From contig CAVUWD010000019.1 in NCBI GenBank assembly GCA_963745025.1, positions 288,001 to 352,000 of the forward strand: 64,000 nt of DNA, written 5' to 3'. The translations under genes were made by a program, and so were the position numbers. Of the stretch, positions 20,065 through 30,711 are shown in pieces. The stretch is from an uncultured delta proteobacterium (GTDB lineage: Bacteria > Desulfobacterota > Binatia > JACPRU01). The notes under the pieces are model-generated. The model saw only the letters and a list, made by a program, of their open reading frames with translations. It ran no database searches and had not been told where the DNA came from. How positions within the stretch are numbered: the first letter of the stretch is position 1; each line of letters starts with the position of its first letter.

Positions 20065-21636
20065 ATGAACCTGAAGACGAGATCGTGGATCCTGATCATC
20101 GTTCTTTCCTTGATCGTAGGCGGCGGCTTCGGAACGTTTGCCGCAGACTGGTTTCCGTGGGGATCCTCGAAGGGCGAACCGACCCCGGCTCCATCCCCGG
20201 CGCCGCCCGCAGAGGCTTCGCTGCGCGCGGCCCCGGGCCGCCAGGGGGCGGTTTCGTCCTTCGCGGACATCGCGGCGGGGGCCGAGCCCGCCGTCGTCAA
20301 CATCTCGACCTCGCAGACCATCAAGAGCGAGGGTTTCCACGGCTTCGGGCCACTCCCTGGCCCCGGCGGCCGCGGAGGTCCCGAGGGGCCGGGAGGCGGT
20401 TCCGGCCCCAGCCCGTTCGGGGAGAACGACCCCTTCGAGCAGTTCTTCCGGCGCTTCATGCCGCAGATGCCGAAGAGCTTCAAACAGCGCAGCCTCGGGT
20501 CGGGATTCGCCATCAGCTCCGACGGCCTGATCGTCACCAACAACCACGTCGTCGAGCACGCCGACGAGATCCTCGTGAAGCTTTCCTCTGGAGAGCATCA
20601 GTACAAGGCCAAGGTTCTCGGCACCGACCCGAAGACCGATCTCGCGCTGGTGAAGATCGAGCCGCAGGGAAAGATCGCTGCGCTGAAGCTCGGCGATTCG
20701 GGGAGCCTCCGTGTCGGGGACTGGGTGATGGCGATCGGCAATCCCTTCGGTCTCGAACACACGGTGACCGCGGGCATCGTCAGCGCCAAGGGCCGCGTGA
20801 TCGGCCAGGGCCCGTACGACGATTTCATCCAGACCGACGCCTCGATCAATCCCGGAAATTCGGGCGGTCCGCTGCTGAACGTCGAGGGCGAGGTGGTCGG
20901 CATCAACAGCTCGATCTTCAGCGAGTCGGGCGGCAACATGGGAATCGGCTTCGCGATCCCCTCGAATCTCGCCAAGCCGGTCGTCGAGCAGCTCCGCACT
21001 CAGGGCAAAGTCGTACGCGGATGGCTCGGGGTGATGATTCAGGACGTGACCGAGGATCTCGCCAGCTCGTTCAAGCTCTCCGAGCCGCACGGAGCGCTGG
21101 TTGCGAGCGTGAAAGAGGATGGCCCCGCCGCCAAGGCCGGGCTCGAGCGAGGCGACATCATCGTCGAGTTCGACGGCAAGCCGGTGAAGTCCTCGCATGA
21201 GCTTCCCTCGATGGTTGCGGCTTCGCCGATCGGCAAGGACGTCGACGTGAAGGTCCTGCGCGAAGGCAAGGAGAAGACCTTGCAGATGAAGATCGCCGAG
21301 ATGCCCAAAGGCGAGGGCGGTGAGACCGGTGGCGGAGAGTCGGAGGAGCCATCGAGCGAGAAGCTCGGTCTGACGGTCGCGCCGATCACGCCGGACGTGG
21401 CACGCGAGCTCGGTATCGAGCCAGGCTCGGGAGTTCTCGTCCGTGCCGTGAAGGCGGGCAGCACGGCCGAAGACGCGGGTCTGCAGCCCGGTGACGTCAT
21501 TCTCGAAGTCAACCGCAAGGCGGTGAAGTCCGTCGAAGCATTCAAGAGCGCGGTGAGCGGCGGGACGAAAAGCGAGAGCCTGCTGTTTCTCGTCCGGCGC
21601 GGCGACTCGACGATTTTCCTCGCGCTGAAGCGCTAG
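20065..21636 (+). CDS. degQ: DegP/DegQ (HtrA, Do) serine endoprotease with two PDZ domains
   Basis: TNNHVV, TDLAL and INPGNSGGPL catalytic motifs; two PDZ domains. Confidence 0.95.
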   Translation: MNLKTRSWILIIVLSLIVGGGFGTFAADWFPWGSSKGEPTPAPSPAPPAEASLRAAPGRQGAVSSFADIAAGAEPAVVNISTSQTIKSEGFHGFGPLPGPGGRGGPEGPGGGSGPSPFGENDPFEQFFRRFMPQMPKSFKQRSLGSGFAISSDGLIVTNNHVVEHADEILVKLSSGEHQYKAKVLGTDPKTDLALVKIEPQGKIAALKLGDSGSLRVGDWVMAIGNPFGLEHTVTAGIVSAKGRVIGQGPYDDFIQTDASINPGNSGGPLLNVEGEVVGINSSIFSESGGNMGIGFAIPSNLAKPVVEQLRTQGKVVRGWLGVMIQDVTEDLASSFKLSEPHGALVASVKEDGPAAKAGLERGDIIVEFDGKPVKSSHELPSMVAASPIGKDVDVKVLREGKEKTLQMKIAEMPKGEGGETGGGESEEPSSEKLGLTVAPITPDVARELGIEPGSGVLVRAVKAGSTAEDAGLQPGDVILEVNRKAVKSVEAFKSAVSGGTKSESLLFLVRRGDSTIFLALKR

Positions 21637-21798
21637 CTCGGGAGGATGCTCGGCCGAAGATGGTTCGCGACCAACGGGAGCGGTCGTGACGAGCGTGATG
21701 GGAGATATGCGGTCGGAGCCTGCAGCGTCCGTTGTGCCTCGCTCCCGTCGGTTGCGAGGTCAGCTCCGCCCGAAGACTCGACTGGAACAGCCCCACCC

Positions 21799-21834
21799 GG
21801 ACCCGTGCTCGGCTCCTCGTCCGAGCACGGGTCC
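21799..21834. repeat. perfect 14-bp inverted repeat (terminator or REP-like)
   Basis: GGACCCGTGCTCGG-ctcctcgt-CCGAGCACGGGTCC. Confidence 0.6.
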
Positions 21835-21935
21835 CCCCCGCCGATAGGCGCGAGGGTAGGCGATCCGCGCTCGCTCGGGCGCCTGGAAGCTCATCGCCCG
21901 CGAGTATAGCCGAACGTTGACCTGGCGAAGACCCC

Positions 21936-22742
21936 GTGATGTACGAGAGAGAGATGGACGACAGCCGCCCCGCGTTCCGCCGCAAGCTGGCGTTCGAAAT
22001 TCCCGCCGAGGTCGAGCTCTATGAGAAGCTGAAGGCGTATCAATGGAATGCCTCGACCGAGATCGATTGGTCGCGTCCGATCCGCAACTACTCGGAAGAG
22101 GCATATGCCTCCGTCGAGCGGCAGTTCTCGCGCGAAGAGTTCGATCGCCTGTGCGCGGAGCGGCGTGGCGTCACGTTCACGCAGCTCTTCCTCGGCGAGC
22201 AGGCCGCCCTCGCGCTCTGCGCGCAGCTCCTCAACATGGTCCCGGAGGTGGAGACGAAGTTCTGCCTCGCCGGTCAGATCATCGACGAGGCCCGCCACGT
22301 CGAAGTCTTCGGGCGCTATCTCGACAAGCTCGGCGTCGACGCGCCGTTCAATCCGCCGCTCGAGGAGCTCGTTTACAGGCTCTTCGAGTCCGATCACTAC
22401 GGAGAGAAGATCGTCGGCATGCAGGTCTTCCTCGAGGGCATCGCGGTGGGGATCTTCCAGCGCTTCCAGCAGGAGAGCCCCGACCCGCTGATGCGCGAGT
22501 TGATCACGCTCGTGCTGCGCGACGAGTCACGGCATGCGGGCTTTGGCGTCATCTACCTGGCGGACCGCTTTCGCGGAGCGTCCACGGTGGAGCGCGCGCG
22601 CATCGAACGCTTCGTCGGCGATCTCTGGCGCCTCTTTCATCACGCGACCGCATCGCCGTTCGGTGCCGTGAATGAGTTTCTCGCCGACACCTTCGCCGAC
22701 ATCCAGCATCGATTGCAGCGGATCGGGCTCGAGCTGCGCTGA
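21936..22742 (+). CDS. ferritin-like diiron protein (AurF-like)
   Basis: GEQAAL, DEARHVE, LEG and DESRH diiron ligands. Confidence 0.88.
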   Translation: MMYEREMDDSRPAFRRKLAFEIPAEVELYEKLKAYQWNASTEIDWSRPIRNYSEEAYASVERQFSREEFDRLCAERRGVTFTQLFLGEQAALALCAQLLNMVPEVETKFCLAGQIIDEARHVEVFGRYLDKLGVDAPFNPPLEELVYRLFESDHYGEKIVGMQVFLEGIAVGIFQRFQQESPDPLMRELITLVLRDESRHAGFGVIYLADRFRGASTVERARIERFVGDLWRLFHHATASPFGAVNEFLADTFADIQHRLQRIGLELR

Positions 22743-22755
22743 GCCTGCGGGGCGG

Positions 22756-24597
22756 ATGCCCCGGCGCGCGCGCTCGATCGCGATCGCCGCGGTCGCGGCG
22801 TGGGCGCTGGTGGCCTGTTTTTCCCGTCTCGGCGAACCGCCCGTGGTGATCACCAACGAGGCGCGAGAGGGAGTCTACGTGCGGGCGATGCTGCGCTCGG
22901 GAGACTTCTTGGCACCGCTCGTTCAGAACCACGTCGAGAACGACGAGCTCGTGCCCGACAAGCCGCCGCTGTTTCACTGGGTCGCCGCGGCCGCCACCCT
23001 GCTCCGCTCCCGTCTCTCCGGCGGGCCGCGGGTGCCGGGGCCGGATCTGTCGCGGCGCGTCGACGAGTGGACGCTGCGCTTTCCGTCGGCACTCTGCGCC
23101 TGCCTGCTGGTGATCTCGGTCGCCACGCTCGGCTCGTCATTCGTCGGAGAGCGGGCAGCGCTCTGTGCAGCGGCCGTGCTGCTCACCAGCGCGCAGTTCG
23201 GCTACCAGGCGCGCTTCGGACGCGTCGACATGACGCTCGCTTGCTTCGCATCGCTGGCGACCCTGCTCGCCGGCCGCGCGCTCCTCGATCCCCGCGAGGA
23301 CCGCTGGCTTCCTCTCGCGGGAGCGGCGGCCGGTCTCGCGGTGCTCGCCAAAGGACCACTCGGCGCGGTGTTGCCGGGGCTCGCGTGCGGAAGCGTTCTC
23401 GTCGCGCGCCGCTGGCGAAACCGCGCGGCGTCGCTGCCCGAGGGGGTGCGCTGGAGGACCGCTCTGGCGGCCCTCGCCGTCGTGGCGCTCCCCTGGTACG
23501 TCGTCGCCAGCGTGGCGCGCGGCGTCGTCGTGCTGCGCTCGCAGATCCTCGCCGAGAACTTCGTGCAGTTCGCGGGCATCGACGACCGCATGAACGAGCT
23601 CTACTACCTGCAGCCCTGGCTGCTCGATTCCTTCCCATGGAACCTGCTCGCCGTCGCGGCGCTCTTCGAAGCCTGGAGGCGTCGAGACCCTGGACCGAGG
23701 TTTTGTGCGAGCTGGTGGATTTCGTCGCTCGCCTTGTTTCAAATCGCCGCCTACAAGCGCCGGGCCTATCTCTTGCCGGCGCTTCCCGCCGAGGCGCTGC
23801 TCGCGGGATGGTTCGTCGATGCGGTGCTGCTGAGAGATCTGCCGCTGCCGTCGATCGATCTCTACGCGCTCGTGCGCCGGCTCGCGCGCCCGGCGCTTGT
23901 TTGTCTGACGGCAGCGGTCGTCGGGGCTCTCGGCGCGCCGCCTATCTATCGGATTTGGGTCGGCGACCAACTCCTTCATCCAATCGACGGTGCGCTCTTG
24001 CTCGGCGGCTCGGCGGCGATCGTGCTCGCCGCGCTGGCGCTCGTGCGGGCGCTGTTCACAGGGGATCGCTGGCGGACGCTCGTCGCCGTTTGCACCGGGC
24101 TCGGTGTTCTCTATGCCGCCGTCGTTCCGGCCGGCATGGCGGTGATCGCCAGACGGCGCTCGACGAAATCGCTGGTCGAGCGCATCGAGGCGACGCTTCC
24201 CGAGGGGAGCCGCCTCACGCTGTGCGGGATCGACCCGGATCCGAGCCTCCCCATCGTTTTCTACTTTCGCGACTCGGATCGGCTCGAGGTTTCCCGCGAC
24301 GGCGCTGCGTGCGCGAAGGACTCTGCCGCCGGCTCCTACCTCATCGCGGAGGCCGAATGGCTGCGCATAGAGCGACGCGGCGGTGAACGGGCTCTCTGGC
24401 ACGAGCGCCTGCGCGGCGAATTGCTGGGTTGGAGCCGTCGCTCCGGCGTCGTCTTGGCCGAGCGGATCGCTTCAAGAGCCGAGTCGGCGCCAGGGATCTC
24501 GATGGGCCAACCTTTTGCGGTACCTTTCGAGCCCCCGGCGCTCAGCACTGTTCGTGCTTCACGAATCCCGGGCACACGTTGTTGGCGCACGGGTTGA
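22756..24597 (+). CDS. ArnT/PMT-family glycosyltransferase (GT83-like)
   Basis: NEAREG, DKPPLFHW, LRFPSAL, RVDM, LAKGPLG and KRRAYLLP motifs; many TM segments. Confidence 0.9.
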   Translation: MPRRARSIAIAAVAAWALVACFSRLGEPPVVITNEAREGVYVRAMLRSGDFLAPLVQNHVENDELVPDKPPLFHWVAAAATLLRSRLSGGPRVPGPDLSRRVDEWTLRFPSALCACLLVISVATLGSSFVGERAALCAAAVLLTSAQFGYQARFGRVDMTLACFASLATLLAGRALLDPREDRWLPLAGAAAGLAVLAKGPLGAVLPGLACGSVLVARRWRNRAASLPEGVRWRTALAALAVVALPWYVVASVARGVVVLRSQILAENFVQFAGIDDRMNELYYLQPWLLDSFPWNLLAVAALFEAWRRRDPGPRFCASWWISSLALFQIAAYKRRAYLLPALPAEALLAGWFVDAVLLRDLPLPSIDLYALVRRLARPALVCLTAAVVGALGAPPIYRIWVGDQLLHPIDGALLLGGSAAIVLAALALVRALFTGDRWRTLVAVCTGLGVLYAAVVPAGMAVIARRRSTKSLVERIEATLPEGSRLTLCGIDPDPSLPIVFYFRDSDRLEVSRDGAACAKDSAAGSYLIAEAEWLRIERRGGERALWHERLRGELLGWSRRSGVVLAERIASRAESAPGISMGQPFAVPFEPPALSTVRASRIPGTRCWRTG

Positions 24598-25020
24598 TCG
24601 TGGTTCAGTAGAGAACCCCACCGCCTCAGCCGAACCGCCGCAGCCGACCGCCGATTGAATGGCGCTCAGCAGGACCGCGAGGTCGACCGTCTTGCGAAGC
24701 GTGGCCACCACGTGCGGCGATCGCGGCGCCAGGTCCGCGGCCGCGCTGAAGACGATCACAGGCACGTGCAACGTACGGTCTTGCTCGAAGGACTCCAGAA
24801 ACTGCCACCCGTTCATCTCCGGCATCTGGAGGTCCAGCAAGATTACGTCCGGCTGAGCGCCCTCTCGGAGCCGCTTCAGGCCGTCTCGGCCGTTGCCGGC
24901 TTCTGCGATCGCATGCCCCTGAAGCTTCAAGAGGTCGGCGAGGGGCTGTCGAATCGAGAGGTCATCCTCGATGACGAGAATCCTGGCCACATGTTCGTGG
25001 GGAAGCACGATCAATGCCAT
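24559..25020 (-). CDS. single-domain response regulator
   Basis: ILVIEDD, ILLDLQMPEMNG. Confidence 0.85.
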   Translation of the reverse strand: MALIVLPHEHVARILVIEDDLSIRQPLADLLKLQGHAIAEAGNGRDGLKRLREGAQPDVILLDLQMPEMNGWQFLESFEQDRTLHVPVIVFSAAADLAPRSPHVVATLRKTVDLAVLLSAIQSAVGCGGSAEAVGFSTEPRSTRAPTTCARDS

Positions 25021-25359
25021 CGTCTGCAGCTTGAAAAATCGGAGCAATCCCACGCGCGGTTCTTAACGGTGAGAACGTCGGCGTCACTTTTTCGACCGGT
25101 ATGAACCCCATGTGATGTGAGCTCCGAAGGACGATCCGCAGAACTCGCGGCACGGGTGCTTGCGTTCCCCTCGCGCTGCGGGGCAGGAGATGGAGGAAGT
25201 GCCGGCGTCCGAGAACGACCGTTGTGTAGCTTTCCGTGCGCGGAACGGCGGCTCAACGACGGCGGCGGGTAGGGCGAATGGCTGATGGACGCTTGGGCCC
25301 GTCGCTGGGCATCATGGTCGGCGCGAGGGCGCCGAACGTAGCCAGGAGGGAGGGCCGCG

Positions 25360-26496
25360 ATGCGACTCACCGAGGAACAGCTTGCGATCCGAGAGATGGT
25401 CCACGATCTGGCACGGGACCAGATCGCGCCGCGGGCAAAGGAGTGGGACGAGCGCGGCCGGTTCCCGGACGAGCTGCGGCGGCTTCTGGTCGAGCACGAG
25501 CTCTACGTGATGTACCTTCCGGAGGAGCTGGGCGGTCTCGGCTTCGACCTCGCGACGCAGTGCCTCGTGCTCGAGGAACTCGCCAAGGTGGACGGGTCGA
25601 CCGCGATGACCCTGCAGGACCAGGGCACTTCGAGCCACTTTCTGCTCACCGCGTGCACGCCGGAGCAGCGGCGGCGCCTCCTACCGCGTATTCGATCGGA
25701 GCAGCGCTTCGTTGCCTTCTGCTTGAGCGAGCCCGGGTCCGGCTCCGACGCGGGCGGGCTCGAGACGCGCGCGCGGCGCGAGGGCGACGAGTTCGTCCTG
25801 CGCGGCCAGAAGACCTGGGTCACCAACGGCGGGCCCGCGGAGTGGTACATCGTGTTCGCGCTCACCGACCCGGACAGGCGCACGCGCGGCGGCATCTCGG
25901 CGTTCCTCGTCGAGCGCGATGCGCCGGGCATGCAGCTCGGGCCCCCCATGAAGAAGATGGGGCTCCGGGCCTCCGCCACCGTAGACCTGTTCCTCGAGGA
26001 CGTGCGGGTCCCCGCCGATGCCTGTCTGGGGACCGAGGGGGCGGGTTTCAGCTACGCGATGAAGACGTTCGAGGCCTCGCGGCCCCAGGTGGCCACGGTG
26101 GCGCTGGGCCTCGCCGAAGGCGCCTACGAGTATGCTCTCGCATACGCGAAGCAGCGGCACGCCTTCGGCCGGCCGATTGCCGACTTCCAGGGTATCCAGT
26201 TCATGCTCGCGGACATGGTGACGCAGATCGCGGCCGCACGGCTCCTCGTCTACCAGGCCGCGCGCATGTACGACGAGGGACTGACGGACCTGACCTACCA
26301 CGCCTCCCTCGCCAAGCTCTTCGCCAGCGACACGGCGATGCAGGTCACCACCGACGCGGTCCAGATACTGGGCGGTGCCGGCTACGTCACCGAGCACCCG
26401 GTCGAGCGCATGATGCGCGACGCCAAGGTCACCCAGATCTTCGAGGGAACGAACCAGATCCAGCGGTTGCTCATCGCGCGACACATTCTGAAGTGA
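25360..26496 (+). CDS. acyl-CoA dehydrogenase
   Basis: FCLSEPGSGSD, GQKTWVTNG, QILGGAGY, IFEGTNQIQR. Confidence 0.96.
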   Translation: MRLTEEQLAIREMVHDLARDQIAPRAKEWDERGRFPDELRRLLVEHELYVMYLPEELGGLGFDLATQCLVLEELAKVDGSTAMTLQDQGTSSHFLLTACTPEQRRRLLPRIRSEQRFVAFCLSEPGSGSDAGGLETRARREGDEFVLRGQKTWVTNGGPAEWYIVFALTDPDRRTRGGISAFLVERDAPGMQLGPPMKKMGLRASATVDLFLEDVRVPADACLGTEGAGFSYAMKTFEASRPQVATVALGLAEGAYEYALAYAKQRHAFGRPIADFQGIQFMLADMVTQIAAARLLVYQAARMYDEGLTDLTYHASLAKLFASDTAMQVTTDAVQILGGAGYVTEHPVERMMRDAKVTQIFEGTNQIQRLLIARHILK

Positions 26497-26570
26497 CCGG
26501 CCGTCAATCCCGGCTTACATTCGACGCGGGGATCTCGCCGGTGGTTCCAGCGTGATGCATACGGAGGCAG

Positions 26571-26700
26571 GTGGCGAATATGTCGATGGTTCTTTCAGAG
26601 CGGCAAGGGACGATTGCGATCCTGACGCTTAACAATCCTAACCAATACAACGCATTGGGCGGGAGCATTCTAAGAGATCTGAGTGAAGCACTGGACGCGA
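26571..26700 (+). pseudogene. enoyl-CoA hydratase N-terminal remnant
   Basis: GGAGG RBS; VLSERQGTIAILTLNNPNQYNALG..LSEALD and then unrelated sequence. Confidence 0.75.
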
Positions 26701-26851
26701 GGGAGCCGCTGCGTGGGTGCAAAAGCGTCCACCGCATTTCACCGGTCGATAGCGTCCTTCACTTCTATCATAGGCGCGGTGGCGATCGAGCGCGCTATGA
26801 CGATCGGGGGACTAAGTACGAGGAAGCATTCTTCTCACAGCCCCCAGGCAC

Positions 26852-27667
26852 TCAAAGCGCCTTGTTGAACGCGCCCATGATCCGCTCCGCCCGGCCCTTG
26901 AAGTAAGGCAGCGCCTCCCGGTGCGTGTGAATGTAAAGGCAATTGTTCCGAATGGCATCGAGCACAAGTGTGGCAACCTGCTCCGCCGCTAAGGTCCGAC
27001 CCTGCAAGGCGCTTCGTTCCTCGTCGGTGTAAGTCCGGTTTGCGTTTGTTCCACCCAGTTCAGGGGGCCGATTGCGGGCGCTTTGGTCGATATTGGTTGA
27101 CACCCGCATCGGACAGAGAACGGAGGCGCCGATCTTGGTGTCGCGAAGATCTTTGTGGACCGATTCCGCCAACGCTACGACGGCCGCCTTCGTGACATTA
27201 TAGGGCGCAAGATCGCGGTTCGGAACGAGACCGGCGAAACTTGCCGTAAAGACCATATGGCCTTCCTCGGCCTGCGCTAGCATCCGCGGAAGAAAAACCT
27301 CAACACCATAAATCGGTCCCCAGAGATTCACGCCAACCGTCCACTTCCAATCCTCGGCCGTCATTCCCTGCACCGGTCCAAAAACGGCAACGCCGGCGTT
27401 ATGCATGATCACATGGGTGCCTCCGAAGCGCTTCCATGTGGCATCGGCAAGGCGTTCGACGGCGGATCTGTCGCTCACGTCCGTGACCAGGCCAACGGCG
27501 TCCACATGCTCGCTTTCCAGAAGGCTTACAGCGCTGTCCAGAGCGCGACCTTCGATATCCGCGAGGACCAATTTGGCGCCCTCGCTGCCGAGGGCACGTG
27601 CGACGGCAAGACCAATGCCGCTCGCACCGCCGGTAATGACCGCTACCCGATCTCGAAAGTCTTGCAT
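26852..27667 (-). CDS. SDR family oxidoreductase
   Basis: TGGASGIG, HNAG, YNVTK. Confidence 0.93.
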   Translation of the reverse strand: MQDFRDRVAVITGGASGIGLAVARALGSEGAKLVLADIEGRALDSAVSLLESEHVDAVGLVTDVSDRSAVERLADATWKRFGGTHVIMHNAGVAVFGPVQGMTAEDWKWTVGVNLWGPIYGVEVFLPRMLAQAEEGHMVFTASFAGLVPNRDLAPYNVTKAAVVALAESVHKDLRDTKIGASVLCPMRVSTNIDQSARNRPPELGGTNANRTYTDEERSALQGRTLAAEQVATLVLDAIRNNCLYIHTHREALPYFKGRAERIMGAFNKAL

Positions 27668-27874
27668 ATATCCTTCCTTCGGATCCTCATGCGCACCTTA
27701 GCCGGTTCATACCTCGCCAAAGCTACCGCTTCTAGTGCGAAGCCGATACAGCCTGGGAACACGCCGTGAGGATAGCGGGGCCCTGAGAACTGGCAATCCG
27801 CGGCCGGCCGTGTGTTCCACGGAGCGCCGCCCGCGGCGCGTGACAACGGCGCGACGGCTTGCTAGGCGGTCTCC

Positions 27875-28315
27875 ATGGAATGGCCGGTCACGTACCGACG
27901 GAAGATCCGCTTTTCAGACACGGACGCCCAGGGGATTGTCTTCAACGGCAACTACGCGACTTACATCGACGACACGGTCACGGACTACTTCGAGGTCATC
28001 GGCCTTCCCTGGGATACCTTCACCAGCAGCGGTTACGACATGGTGCTGGCGCGCAGTGAGACCGACTTCCGCTCCGCCGGGCGCCTCGGTGAGACGCTGG
28101 TGACCGGCGCGCGAGTCGCGCGCTTCGGGAAGACCTCCGTGGTGTTCTCGCTGCGTACGTGGGAAGAGAAGTCCGAGCGGGTCGTCATCGAAGCGCGTCT
28201 GATCCAAGTCGTCGTCGATCACCAGACGCTCCAGCCGAAGCCGGTCCCCGGCTTCTTCATCGAGGCCGTGGAACGCGCTCAAGGAGGAGCGGTCGAGCGG
28301 TCGTCGGCGGCGTAG
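27875..28315 (+). CDS. acyl-CoA thioesterase (4HBT/YbgC family)
   Basis: IRFSDTDAQGIVFNGNY. Confidence 0.92.
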   Translation: MEWPVTYRRKIRFSDTDAQGIVFNGNYATYIDDTVTDYFEVIGLPWDTFTSSGYDMVLARSETDFRSAGRLGETLVTGARVARFGKTSVVFSLRTWEEKSERVVIEARLIQVVVDHQTLQPKPVPGFFIEAVERAQGGAVERSSAA

Positions 28316-28396
28316 TAGTGCCCGGCGGCTCTGCCATCGGAGCCTCGTCGAGCGGCGAAGGGCCTCCTTGGCGAGACCCCAGTCAACCCGTCGACC

Positions 28397-29176
28397 CTAA
28401 TCCCCTTGATGTCGCGGTGTTTGCGAGCGGGCAAAGGAAGGTGTGGTCTCCGGAGGCTCGGGCTTCAGCCTGCCCTGCAAGAGAAGGAGCGCCGTGCCTG
28501 GATCGTCGGCGTACTGGAAGAGCTCAAGATCATCGCGATCGATCATGCCATGGCGGACGAGCGCGTCGAAATTGATGATCTCGTTCCAGTAGTCGCGCCC
28601 GTAAAGCAAGACGGGGATCGGCCGATCCAACTTGCGTGTTTGCGACAACGTCAGGACCTCGGCCAGCTCGTCGAGGGTGCCGAAACCTCCCGGGAAGACC
28701 ACAAGCGCACGGGCCAAATGCGCGAACCAGAGCTTCCGCATGAAGAAGTAGTGGAACTCGAACAACAGCTCGCGCGTGATGTAGGGATTCGGCCGCTGTT
28801 CGTGCGGTAACCCAATGTTGAGTCCGACCGTTCTTCCCCCGGCGTCGGAAGCGCCGCGATTGGCAGCCTCCATGATGCCGCCCCCTCCTCCCGAGCAGAC
28901 GATGTATCGATGAGCATGCGAAGGAAGGCCCTTCGACCATTCGGTCACGAGCCGCGCAAGTTCCCGAGCGTCATCGTAGTAGCGTCCGAGCGGACCATCA
29001 GGAGCAAGCCTCGCCGACCCGAAGAAGACGATCATGTCGTGGACGCGCTCGCGGCGAAAGGCCTGGAGCGGGCCGAGATACTCAGCGAGGATGCGGAGGG
29101 GGCGGGCATCGTCGCTGTCGAGAAACTTATGGTCCTTGTACGCGAGGGGGCGGTGCGTTGTCTCGGGCGGTTTCAT
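28397..29176 (-). CDS. LOG family protein (TIGR00730-like nucleotide phosphoribohydrolase)
   Basis: FFGSAR, SGGGGGIMEAANRGA, FMRK, PGGFGTLDE. Confidence 0.93.
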   Translation of the reverse strand: MKPPETTHRPLAYKDHKFLDSDDARPLRILAEYLGPLQAFRRERVHDMIVFFGSARLAPDGPLGRYYDDARELARLVTEWSKGLPSHAHRYIVCSGGGGGIMEAANRGASDAGGRTVGLNIGLPHEQRPNPYITRELLFEFHYFFMRKLWFAHLARALVVFPGGFGTLDELAEVLTLSQTRKLDRPIPVLLYGRDYWNEIINFDALVRHGMIDRDDLELFQYADDPGTALLLLQGRLKPEPPETTPSFARSQTPRHQGD

Positions 29177-30654
29177 CGGATTTGGACCCGCGCGAAATCG
29201 ATGAAGCCGCGCTCGACGTCGGTGTGGATGAGCTCGACGCGAACGCGCTCTCCCACATCAAGGTGCTCGAAACCCCGAACGACCTTTCCCTCTGCGGCTG
29301 GGTGAATGATTCGGACCCAGGTGCCCTTCGTCGAGGCGCCGGTCACGATGGCGTCGAATCGCTGCCCGATCCGCGACTGCAGCAGCAGCGCGGCAGCTGA
29401 CTTTCGCACCTGTCGCTCCACCTTGGTCGCGTTGTCCTCCTGTGCCGTGCAGTGCTGGGCCATTTCTCCGAGCTCCTCGTTGCCGTAGGGTACTGGTCGT
29501 CCTTCAAGCGCCGCTTTCAACAGTCGCTGCGCGATGAGATCCGGGAAACGCCGGTTCGGCGCGGTGGAGTGCGTGTAGTCGTTCACGGCAAGCCCGAAAT
29601 GGCCCTCGGCGCGTCGACCGGGAAGCTCGAGCACATACTCGCCCCGGCCCAAGAGCTTTACTACGGAGAGCGAGAGATCGGGAAAGCGCGCAGGATCTGC
29701 CTGCCGGCGTCTCCTCAGGAACCCCTCGAGAGCCGGAGCACTCGGTTCTGACGGGAGACGCTCGCCGAGGGCTGCAGCCATCTCGACGATTCGCTCCCAA
29801 CGCTCGGGCGAGCGCAGAACACGGCGTAGCGACGGGAAGCCCTTCTGCTCGAGATACCTGGCGGTCACCCCGTTGGCCGCGATCATGAAGTCTTCGATCA
29901 GCTCCTTGGCCCGATTCTTCTCGTCAACTCGTAGGTCGGCCAGCACATCGCCATCGAACAAGGCCCGAGCTTCGATCGTCTCCAGACTGAGCGCGCCGTG
30001 TTGGTGCCGGAGCTCCTTCAACGCCTGCGCCGCCCGATCCTGCATGCGCAGTTGCTGATCGAGTCCCGGTACCGCCGAGATCCGTGCCGGCGCGGGCGCG
30101 GTGCCATTGAGCCAGGCAGCCACGCCGTTGTAGGCGAGCTTCGCATGATTGACCACGACGGCCCGATAGACGTCAGACTCCTCCAGTAGTGCGCCGTCGG
30201 CTCTGACCGCCATCTCGATGACGATCGCCAGCCGCTCCTGACCCTCCGCGAGGGATGTGAGGTCCGTCGACAACTTCTCCGGGAGCATCGGGAAGATCTC
30301 GGCGGCCGTGTAGACCGACGTCGTGTTGGCTCGCGCGTGGCCATCGATTGCGGAACCTTCCTCGACGATGGCGTCGACGTCGGCCACCGCAACGAGGATC
30401 TTCACCGCGTTGCCGACGCTCGGCACCGCGACCGAGAGCTGGTCGAGATCGCGCGAATCATCGTTGTCGATCGACGCCCAGAGCAAACCCCGAAGGTCGC
30501 GGAGGGAAGCGTTAGCCTCCGTGGCCGATCTCGTAATGGAGTCCGTTTCCGCGAGAACCGCAGCGGAGAATTCCGGCAGCAGTCCCCGTTGGAGCATCGC
30601 TCGTCGAGCGATGCTCCTGAGCCTGCTTCGAGCCGGAGTGGTCGTCCGATTCAT
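29173..30654 (-). CDS. RNB-domain exoribonuclease with C-terminal S1 domain
   Basis: SIDNDDSRDLDQ, LIEDFMIAAN, HFGLA..YTHSTAPNRRFPD. Confidence 0.93.
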   Translation of the reverse strand: MNRTTTPARSRLRSIARRAMLQRGLLPEFSAAVLAETDSITRSATEANASLRDLRGLLWASIDNDDSRDLDQLSVAVPSVGNAVKILVAVADVDAIVEEGSAIDGHARANTTSVYTAAEIFPMLPEKLSTDLTSLAEGQERLAIVIEMAVRADGALLEESDVYRAVVVNHAKLAYNGVAAWLNGTAPAPARISAVPGLDQQLRMQDRAAQALKELRHQHGALSLETIEARALFDGDVLADLRVDEKNRAKELIEDFMIAANGVTARYLEQKGFPSLRRVLRSPERWERIVEMAAALGERLPSEPSAPALEGFLRRRRQADPARFPDLSLSVVKLLGRGEYVLELPGRRAEGHFGLAVNDYTHSTAPNRRFPDLIAQRLLKAALEGRPVPYGNEELGEMAQHCTAQEDNATKVERQVRKSAAALLLQSRIGQRFDAIVTGASTKGTWVRIIHPAAEGKVVRGFEHLDVGERVRVELIHTDVERGFIDFARVQIR

Positions 30655-30711
30655 CGGCGCCCGACGATATCCCTGAAAGCCGTCGCGCTCCAGATACAGA
30701 AGCGCGCCCGC

